A stretch of 20,000 nt of DNA from an uncultured virus (IMG/VR IMGVR_UViG_3300030106_004658). Lineage: Duplodnaviria > Heunggongvirae > Uroviricota > Caudoviricetes > Crassvirales. The DNA is taken from IMG/VR virus record IMGVR_UViG_3300030106_004658; one strand, given 5' to 3'. The translations under genes and the position numbers were made by a program. Below, one piece after another: positions 7,003 through 13,473 of the stretch (positions within the stretch are counted from its first letter, which is position 1; each line of letters opens with the position of its first letter). The notes under the pieces were generated by a model, which saw only the letters and a program-made list of their open reading frames with translations, was not told the DNA's origin and did not search any database.

Positions 7003-7128
7003 ATGAAAATACGACGAAAAGATATAACTAGCAGAGATCCTTATTGGAAATTAGCATCATTCAAGCGTGTTCATAAGAGTAAAAAGACTTACACTAGAAA
7101 GAAAAAACATAAAAATGAAAAGAATTAA
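7003..7128 (+). CDS. 41-aa basic peptide resembling ArfA/BrfA ribosome-rescue factors
   Basis: Not in the ORF track. MKIRRKDITSRDPYWKLASFKRVHKSKKTYTRKKKHKNEKN; starts 3 nt after motif copy 5. Confidence 0.6.
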   Translation: MKIRRKDITSRDPYWKLASFKRVHKSKKTYTRKKKHKNEKN

Positions 7129-7300
7129 TTACATAACAGTGTTAGATTTTGAAGTCGGTGAAGTATTTCAATATAAAATAGGTGACGATTGGTTACCTGA
7201 TAACGAAGCTTTCGAAGATTTTATAGTGGAAAAAGGTCACAGTTTAAGCTGTTGTCAATGGATGTGTCATGAAAGTGATAGAATAATAAAAGATAATTAA
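7115..7300 (+). CDS. Hypothetical protein
   Basis: Likely start ATG 7115 (MKRINYITVLDFEVGEV...), 61 aa. Confidence 0.7.
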   Translation: MKRINYITVLDFEVGEVFQYKIGDDWLPDNEAFEDFIVEKGHSLSCCQWMCHESDRIIKDN

Positions 7301-7301
7301 G

Positions 7302-7904
7302 ATGAATAAAGTTAAAACAATGCAAGAAGCATACCGAGTATTTGAATTACTTGGTATCAAAGAGGTCACTAAACCGTGGCAAAAAAGACAAGGTACTGAA
7401 GTGTGGGAATTACCACAAAAAACTATGTACTATAATGGTCACGCAAGTATCAATAGATTCTCAATCTACAGAAGTGGATATGTTAGAAAAATGATAGTTT
7501 GGGGTGAAAACAACGCTAGTAAAAGTTGTTATCAACTAAATAGAACTTGTAAATCTGACGAGTATTTCAAAGATTATGAGTGGAATGATGACTATACTAA
7601 GCAAAAATGGACGGGCAAATATCGTAAAAGCAACAGAACAAAGCGAATTATGATAGATACTCATCAAGAACGAGTGGTATATTTATGTAACTACATACTA
7701 AAAAACTACTATAGAAATAGTAAAATGAACTTAGTTGGTGAATATACTATGAAAAGAGTATCAGAAGTACATGGTGAATGGTGGAGAAATCAAAGAAAAG
7801 ATGACCAACTACCGTTTGTAGATAACGCAGTGAATAGAATATTAGAAAATAACATAGACGATATTCAAGTAATAATCAACGGACACCGTTATAATTTAAG
7901 TTAA
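7302..7904 (+). CDS. Hypothetical protein
   Basis: 200 aa, basic and aromatic; no family recognised. Confidence 0.8.
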   Translation: MNKVKTMQEAYRVFELLGIKEVTKPWQKRQGTEVWELPQKTMYYNGHASINRFSIYRSGYVRKMIVWGENNASKSCYQLNRTCKSDEYFKDYEWNDDYTKQKWTGKYRKSNRTKRIMIDTHQERVVYLCNYILKNYYRNSKMNLVGEYTMKRVSEVHGEWWRNQRKDDQLPFVDNAVNRILENNIDDIQVIINGHRYNLS

Positions 7905-7905
7905 A

Positions 7906-8133
7906 ATGATAGAAAAATTAAAAGATTTAGAACAAGAAGCGATGGATAATCTTGAACCAGAAGCGTATGATGCAATAGTATCTAATGTATTATGCCAAGA
8001 AGATCAAGAAATTTATCAAAGTGGTTACATAGATGGTTTGCAGACCGCTATAAGACTGTTAAGTGAAGATGACTCATCTATGAGTTATACTGTAGAGATA
8101 GAAGATATATATGACGATGAAGAAGATCACTAA
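7906..8133 (+). CDS. Highly acidic small protein
   Basis: 75 aa, about 23 D/E versus 3 K/R by manual count. Confidence 0.75.
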   Translation: MIEKLKDLEQEAMDNLEPEAYDAIVSNVLCQEDQEIYQSGYIDGLQTAIRLLSEDDSSMSYTVEIEDIYDDEEDH

Positions 8134-8338
8134 AAAAGCAGTAATAGTAATACTAGGAGTGTCTCTGTGGCACTCCATTGCTATAAATAATAAGTATAAT
8201 AACGTTTCTAATGAACTAGAAATAGTTATGAAAAGTAATAATAAGTTAAAAATAGACTCATTATTACAAGAAATAATGGATATTGGGTGGAAAAACGACT
8301 CACTAACATTAAAATATGAGTATGGTTGGGAATTTTAA
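8111..8338 (+). CDS. Small membrane-anchored protein
   Basis: Basic N-terminus followed by hydrophobic AVIVILGVSLWHSIAI. Confidence 0.65.
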   Translation: MTMKKITKKAVIVILGVSLWHSIAINNKYNNVSNELEIVMKSNNKLKIDSLLQEIMDIGWKNDSLTLKYEYGWEF

Positions 8339-8339
8339 T

Positions 8340-8373
8340 CACAAATTAAATACGATTACTCACAGATAATATA
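8340..8373 (+). promoter_or_regulatory. 34-bp class-1 promoter-like repeat, copy 6
   Basis: CACA-AAT-TAAATACGA-TTACTCACA-GATAATATA. Confidence 0.8.
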
Positions 8374-8376
8374 AAT

Positions 8377-8586
8377 ATGAAATGTAAATGTAATAAAATA
8401 ATACCAGAAGGCCGCCTGCGATTAGGCTTTAGAGTTTGTGTAGATTGCTCGACTGTTTCGAAATACGGTTGTGCTCCAGTCATAAACCACAAGACGGGTA
8501 ATACTATCCAGATAATGTCTAGTGAAGATGCAGCGAAAGTCGCTAAATTATTCCGCAGGAGAGGCTATGGTACAATGCTAAGATAA
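8377..8586 (+). CDS. DksA/TraR-type C4 zinc-finger protein
   Basis: CKC...IPEGRL...CVDC matches the DksA/TraR finger pattern C..C...IP..RL.......C..C. Confidence 0.65.
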   Translation: MKCKCNKIIPEGRLRLGFRVCVDCSTVSKYGCAPVINHKTGNTIQIMSSEDAAKVAKLFRRRGYGTMLR

Positions 8587-8587
8587 T

Positions 8588-8965
8588 ATGATAAAAGAAG
8601 AATTAACAAGAGAAATAGCTAAAATACAATTAGCTTTAGAATCTCACGAAGAACAAGTGAAAGATCTATCACATGATTTAAAAACTGCTAAGCAGAGATT
8701 AAAAGATGTTGATAAGCCAAAATTAACTAACAAGCAATTTACTCAAATACATGATGCTATTGAGAGTGCAATAGAAAACTTTGATTTTAGCAATTGCAAC
8801 AACTATGAGCCAGAGTTTGAGATGGACTACGATGGAAAAGTTGGATTAGCACACATAACTTTTGATGGTGCTGATGATTTAGCTAACGAAGTAATAGAAA
8901 GTGTTGAGAAGTTATTTGGCGTAACTGATGAAAGTGACGACGACAACGAGTCGCCAAGCGAATAA
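8588..8965 (+). CDS. Hypothetical protein, N-terminal coiled coil and acidic C-terminus
   Basis: 125 aa ORF in operon context. Confidence 0.8.
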   Translation: MIKEELTREIAKIQLALESHEEQVKDLSHDLKTAKQRLKDVDKPKLTNKQFTQIHDAIESAIENFDFSNCNNYEPEFEMDYDGKVGLAHITFDGADDLANEVIESVEKLFGVTDESDDDNESPSE

Positions 8966-9394
8966 TCAGTTATAAATGCGAGTCAAGGGCGCGTGAAAAA
9001 TCGCTGCAGCTCGCTAAAATGCGGAGTAAGTTTCTAGAGCCCTCCGCAGATGTCTCCAGAGATAATAACCTTTACGTGGTTGGAGATATAAGTAAGAAGT
9101 GTTTAGATACAACTGAAACTAATAATTATCAAAACCCTGTATAGGGTGAGTATAAAGCGACAATTCACGAAAATGTGCACAGCTTTATATTCAAAATATG
9201 TGAACTAGGTGGTTCAATGTAGGATAAAGCGATTCGAGGTGATGGGAGCGAAATCTCCACGCTAAACATAAAACTAGAACCTTGATAGTACCACACCTAC
9301 GGTTCACAACAGCTTGAAATGGACAAAACAGGGTGATACGCACCGCGTAATTTGCCTGACGAGGTGGGAGGTTCGATTCCTCCCCGAGCTGCTA
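8966..9394 (+). ncRNA. Putative ~430-nt multi-domain structured RNA with a 3' tRNA-like domain
   Basis: Long gap in a gene-dense region, GC-richer than its flanks, with about ten nested helices (see findings) and a terminal GGAGG-TTCGATT-CCTCC T-arm plus CAGCTTG/CGAGCTG acceptor-like stem. Confidence 0.75.
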
Positions 9395-9395
9395 A

Positions 9396-9429
9396 CACAA
9401 ACTAAATACGAATAAAGTAAGATAATATA
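9396..9429 (+). promoter_or_regulatory. 34-bp class-1 promoter-like repeat, copy 7
   Basis: CACA-AAC-TAAATACGA-ATAAAGTAA-GATAATATA. Confidence 0.8.
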
Positions 9430-9432
9430 TTT

Positions 9433-9666
9433 ATGAAGACAATATATGATAGACTCAACCCAGATATTCTGGCGAGTATAAATGCAGATGAACAACAGTT
9501 TCCTTATACTACAAAAGCTCTTAAAGAAAAGCTTAAAAATAGTATTGGTTGGGAAGAGTTGTCAATAAGTGATGTAAGATCAGTAGTAATACACTCTCAT
9601 ATTAAAATAACTGAAGTAAATGTTATGGATTTTATGTGGGGTGATAGATTTTTAGTAGAATGTTAG
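9433..9666 (+). CDS. Hypothetical protein
   Basis: 77 aa; starts 3 nt after motif copy 7. Confidence 0.8.
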   Translation: MKTIYDRLNPDILASINADEQQFPYTTKALKEKLKNSIGWEELSISDVRSVVIHSHIKITEVNVMDFMWGDRFLVEC

Positions 9667-9746
9667 AAATTCACGCGGTAATAATAGCTTATATAGTGTT
9701 TTATATAATAGCTACAGTAGAAATTAAACAGAAAAAAGATAAGTAA
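9660..9746 (+). CDS. 28-aa membrane micro-peptide
   Basis: MLEIHAVIIAYIVFYIIATVEIKQKKDK; exactly fills the gap between two ORFs. Confidence 0.5.
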   Translation: MLEIHAVIIAYIVFYIIATVEIKQKKDK

Positions 9747-9747
9747 T

Positions 9748-9969
9748 ATGAGTAAAAGATTAAAAGATGGAGTGTATACGGCTTCTTTATCAAACGATAA
9801 AGTAAGGTATTTTGTACACGATGGATTAATAATAATGAGTAGTAAATATGGTAATTATAAAACCACTGAAAACTTTATGTTAGGTTCACAGTACAATGTG
9901 AATCCTGAGCCATTAAATGTTTCACCAGGTGAGTTTTTAAAAGCATATAATAAATTAACATCGTGGTAA
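9748..9969 (+). CDS. Hypothetical protein
   Basis: 73 aa in operon context. Confidence 0.75.
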   Translation: MSKRLKDGVYTASLSNDKVRYFVHDGLIIMSSKYGNYKTTENFMLGSQYNVNPEPLNVSPGEFLKAYNKLTSW

Positions 9970-9970
9970 T

Positions 9971-10390
9971 ATGGCAACAAGAGCAACAGTGAGTATTGCT
10001 AGACGTGAAGAAGGAGTATCGTTTAGCGAAAAACCAAACAAGACAATTGTGGACATCTATCATCACTATGATGGATATCCTGAAGGATTAGGTGTGACAT
10101 TAGCATCTTATCTTGATGACAAGAAGATAACTAATGGACTAGGTAGTAGAGATGACCACGATTACTTCAATGGATTAGGTTGTTTAGCCGCATCGCTTGT
10201 GGCTGAACTAAAAGATGGTCCAGGAAATGTGTATATAGAAGATAAAGATCGACCACATGGCTGGTTAGATTATAAGTATTATGTGTGGGGTGATGACAAT
10301 AAAGATATATGGATTAGTATATTTGATGGTGATGAGTGTATATTTGTTGGTAAACCACGTAAATTATTAAGTAAATATTACACAAACTAA
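9971..10390 (+). CDS. Conserved phage hypothetical protein (YxHxDGYP family)
   Basis: MATRA... and IYHHYDGYPEGLG, a motif recurrent in phage early proteins of unknown function. Confidence 0.8.
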   Translation: MATRATVSIARREEGVSFSEKPNKTIVDIYHHYDGYPEGLGVTLASYLDDKKITNGLGSRDDHDYFNGLGCLAASLVAELKDGPGNVYIEDKDRPHGWLDYKYYVWGDDNKDIWISIFDGDECIFVGKPRKLLSKYYTN

Positions 10391-10414
10391 ATACGATTAC
10401 TTATGGATAATATA
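10381..10414 (+). promoter_or_regulatory. 34-bp class-1 promoter-like repeat, copy 8
   Basis: CACA-AAC-TAAATACGA-TTACTTATG-GATAATATA; overlaps the upstream stop codon and the next ATG. Confidence 0.75.
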
Positions 10415-10681
10415 AAAGACGAAAACTTAAAACGATTAGGTAAGTATATAGCAGAAGCTCTAATAGATCAAGCTCTAATGACAGAACGTGATGACTGGAT
10501 AGAAACCAACATTAAAGACCATGCTATAGGCGAATTAGCACGATGCATGACTCTTCAAAATCTATACTTAGATCGTGAAGAATACGAAAAATGCGCAATA
10601 ATGAAGTTAAGAATACAAGATATAAAATCTATGCTAAAGATGGACGATCTTAACATAAATTTAGAAGATGATGAAATATAA
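10403..10681 (+). CDS. Hypothetical protein with UVR-like motif
   Basis: 92 aa; LDREEYEKCAIMKLRIQDI. Confidence 0.75.
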   Translation: MDNIKDENLKRLGKYIAEALIDQALMTERDDWIETNIKDHAIGELARCMTLQNLYLDREEYEKCAIMKLRIQDIKSMLKMDDLNINLEDDEI

Positions 10682-11422
10682 ACCAATGTTAGCTTACCCA
10701 GTAAGCGCAAAACCAATAGACTATAGTAAACCAGTATTTATACAACCAAAATTAGATGGTGTTAGATGCTTGATACAGTGTGACAATGGCCAGATAACCG
10801 CGTACTCACGTACAGGTAAAGTGTGGAAGAATATCGACCATATACTTTTTAATCTCAAGCCGTTCTTTCACTGCAATCCAAATGTTGTACTCGACGGTGA
10901 GTTGTATAATCATGACTTTAAAGACGATTTCGAACAAATCATATCTATGGTCAGAAAAACAAAACCAACAGACGAGGCACGTCTAGAATCAGCTAAAAAT
11001 GTACAATTTCATTGTTATGATATTGTAAATAAAAAGATGAAGTTTAGCACACGTGACAAATGGTTGTTAGACAACTTAGTAGAAAGCTACTGTATAAAAC
11101 GTGTTGAGACTCAAATAGTATCTTCCGAAAGATCAGCTAAAAATTGCCACGATGCAAATCTTANNNNNNNNNNAACATTGTTGGTTATGAAGAGGGTAAA
11201 GGCAAAAGAACCGGCACGCTAGGTAAGTTTATAATGCAAGATGATGATGGAAATCAATTCGGTTGTCCACCAGGTAAAGGTCATAATTATAAAGATCTTG
11301 CAAGAATGCTTATCGAAATCCATAAATATATGGGTCAGCGTGCTACCTTTACATATTTTGAAAGAACTAAAGCAGGAAGTTATAGGCACCCACTGTTTAA
11401 ATGTATAAGAGATTATGAATAA
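10668..11422 (+). CDS. ATP-dependent DNA ligase (one gene split by an N gap)
   Basis: KPMLA, motif I QPKLDGVRC, YSRTGK, motif III LDGELY, FHCYD; after the gap an OB-fold NIVGYEEGKGKRTGTLG...TFTYFERT...YRHP. Confidence 0.92.
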
Positions 11423-11552
11423 AAGATTAATAATAAGAATAAAAGAATATAATGCTAAACAAAAGGATTATAATTCAGTGTTTAATTTAAATAATTCTAA
11501 AAGAATTATTATAGGAAACCTAAAACCAAACTGTGACAAAAGCCTTAAATAA
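11415..11552 (+). CDS. Possible 45-aa basic peptide
   Basis: MNKRLIIRIKEYNAKQK...CDKSLK; overlaps the ligase end and runs into the inverted-repeat element. Confidence 0.35.
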   Translation: MNKRLIIRIKEYNAKQKDYNSVFNLNNSKRIIIGNLKPNCDKSLK

Positions 11553-11578
11553 CTATATAATAATAAGCTAATGTCACA
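11532..11578. repeat. Inverted-repeat element TGTGACA...TGTCACA, copy 2
   Basis: TGTGACAAAAGCCT-(AT-rich)-AGCTAATGTCACA, ending 11 nt before the HTH gene. Confidence 0.75.
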
Positions 11579-11589
11579 AATTAAACCAT

Positions 11590-12210
11590 ATGGATAGAAG
11601 ATTTAAATATTTATGGGACAGACAAGTTGTCTATAGAAGAGATCCTATAACTGATAAACCTGATGAAGAAACAGATGTATACATGTTTTATAAAGATGGA
11701 ACTTATCAGTGTTATGATTTATTTAGAAGTAAAGCAAAGATCACAACATGGAAATCATTTTATTGGCATATGATGGTACTTTGGCACTTAAATCCAGAGT
11801 GGAAACATGAAGACGCTATGACAGTAGCCACTTATCTAGCCTATAAGCCAAACGGCTTTACTACATTTAATATGAACAAGTGGAATATAGCTAGACTAAT
11901 AAGAGATGTTTCAGCACTAGATTTAGAAGTACCACCACAAAATAAGCTTAGAAAGATTATATTTAAACCTAGTTGTGGATTAGATAAAATAGATAAACTT
12001 AAAATAGTAGGTAAATTAATAGGTAGATTAAGAGGTGTGCAAAAAGAAGATCTTTATGAAACTATGTTATTAATAAACGATAGCGATCAAAAGATAACTA
12101 TATCTAAACTAGCTGATAGCTTAGGTGTAACACCAAGAACAATACATCGCCACATGTGTGATGAGTTAAAACAAGTTAAAGAAGAATTAAATGAAGAGAT
12201 TAATATATGA
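11590..12210 (+). CDS. DNA-binding protein with C-terminal helix-turn-helix
   Basis: 206 aa; ITISKLADSLGVTPRTIHRHM is a canonical HTH. Confidence 0.8.
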   Translation: MDRRFKYLWDRQVVYRRDPITDKPDEETDVYMFYKDGTYQCYDLFRSKAKITTWKSFYWHMMVLWHLNPEWKHEDAMTVATYLAYKPNGFTTFNMNKWNIARLIRDVSALDLEVPPQNKLRKIIFKPSCGLDKIDKLKIVGKLIGRLRGVQKEDLYETMLLINDSDQKITISKLADSLGVTPRTIHRHMCDELKQVKEELNEEINI

Positions 12211-12298
12211 CCTGTATTATGCTGACAAAATAACACAGGATGTGGCTATAAAGCTATTAGATAAATGGAGTGAAAATTATAATAAAAGAAAATATTAA
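12191..12298 (+). CDS. 35-aa hypothetical peptide
   Basis: MKRLIYDLYYADKITQDVAIKLLDKWSENYNKRKY; its stop is 1 nt before the denV ATG. Confidence 0.5.
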   Translation: MKRLIYDLYYADKITQDVAIKLLDKWSENYNKRKY

Positions 12299-12299
12299 T

Positions 12300-12659
12300 A
12301 TGACTAGAATAAACGTAGGAATACCGCCTCATGAGCTAACAGATAAACATTTATTAGCTGAACACAGAGAAATAAAACGTATACCAAATTGTATAGCCAA
12401 AGGTAAATACAATATGGATAATATACCAAAGAGATTTAAATTAGGTAAAGGACATGTTAAGTTCTTTTACGATAAGCTAGAATATCTTTTCACTAGATAC
12501 TGTAAGTTATACCTTGAATGCAAAAGAAGAGGTTTTAATGTACAGAACTATTCTAAAGCATGGGATAACTTACCAGATGAATTGTTAAATTACTATGAAC
12601 CTACTTTAGAAGATAGATTAATAGTACAAGAAAGAATTAATGAAAAATTAAACAAATGA
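12300..12659 (+). CDS. denV: Pyrimidine-dimer DNA glycosylase (T4 endonuclease V family)
   Basis: MTRIN (catalytic N-terminal Thr implies the start is 12300), LTDKHLLAEHREIKRI, FKLGKGHVKFFYDKL. Confidence 0.93.
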   Translation: MTRINVGIPPHELTDKHLLAEHREIKRIPNCIAKGKYNMDNIPKRFKLGKGHVKFFYDKLEYLFTRYCKLYLECKRRGFNVQNYSKAWDNLPDELLNYYEPTLEDRLIVQERINEKLNK

Positions 12660-13411
12660 AAAAATATCACGTACAAAATTATGTAAGATGGAAACACGAT
12701 ATGGCTGACTCTTTAAAAACAGTTCCAAATTTTGATTACCACGAATTAAGTAGAGATCAGTTAATAGTAAAATTTTTACCTTTAGTAGAAAGTTTAGCTA
12801 GAAAATTTTCAACAGCTCAACAGGCTAGTGGAGTTATGAGCATAATGGATATAATCCAAGAAGGTAACTATGGTTTATGTGCAGGAGTAGACAGAATAGA
12901 CTGGGATACCATATTGCAAGCTGAAGATCAAGGCAAAAGATTAAAATCTTTTTTATCAAAAAGAATTAAAGGAGCAATAAGAAGAGGTATTGACTCTAAT
13001 AGAGGTAGTATGAGAATACCGGAGCATAAATTAAATGAAATACGAAAAGACTTTGGTGAAGACCGTAGAGCTGTAGAGTTATTTTTTAATTCGGTGTTTA
13101 CTAGCTTAGACGACGGAACACCTGAGCAGAGAAACGCAGCATATAATATACCTGATATTAAAAGCTATAACAAAGAAATACTTTTAGCTTATTTAAAGAG
13201 CTTAATGATGCAACACTTGAACCACAAAGAGTATCAAGTTTTGAGATTGTCTTATGGACTTGACTGTGAAAAGCATTCAGCAAAACAAATAGCTGAAATA
13301 TTAGGTATAAAAGGTACTAGCTCTTACGTACGAATATCGCAGCTAAAAAAGCAGGCAATTGATAAACTTATTGAGAAAGTTCCACACTCGCAAGTGGTTG
13401 ACTATCTGTAA
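12656..13411 (+). CDS. Phage sigma-70 family RNA polymerase sigma factor
   Basis: Region 2 (LPLVESLARKF...MDIIQEGNYGL), IKGAIRRGID...MRIPEH, region 4 (LNHKEYQVLRLSYGL...SAKQIAEILG...RISQLKKQAIDKL). Confidence 0.9.
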   Translation: MKKYHVQNYVRWKHDMADSLKTVPNFDYHELSRDQLIVKFLPLVESLARKFSTAQQASGVMSIMDIIQEGNYGLCAGVDRIDWDTILQAEDQGKRLKSFLSKRIKGAIRRGIDSNRGSMRIPEHKLNEIRKDFGEDRRAVELFFNSVFTSLDDGTPEQRNAAYNIPDIKSYNKEILLAYLKSLMMQHLNHKEYQVLRLSYGLDCEKHSAKQIAEILGIKGTSSYVRISQLKKQAIDKLIEKVPHSQVVDYL

Positions 13412-13420
13412 GTTACTCGT

Positions 13421-13448
13421 GTAAATAACATAATTAATGTGTAATTAT
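13421..13448 (+). promoter_or_regulatory. Putative class-2 phage promoter driving the replication block
   Basis: GTAAATA-N12-TGTAATTAT, intergenic between the sigma gene and erf. Confidence 0.65.
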
Positions 13449-13473
13449 ATATATAGACCAAAACCAATAAACC

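Noticed and set aside
8966..9394. tmRNA (standard or permuted)
   Set aside because: The 5' acceptor strand is internal (9310) rather than at the RNA start, there is no G3-U70 alanine identity pair, no GGGG start or CCA end, and I found no convincing tag reading frame.
4621..10414. 34-bp repeats as a CRISPR array
   Set aside because: Spacing is irregular (74 bp to over 1 kb), the repeats have variable internal positions, the intervals contain genes, and no cas genes are seen.
11144..11222. Frameshift, intron or split in the DNA ligase (and likewise in the reductase at 19665-19674 and the ORF at 3295-3304)
   Set aside because: Frame changes coincide with 10-N scaffold placeholders of unknown true length; missing conserved motifs indicate unsequenced bases, not biology.
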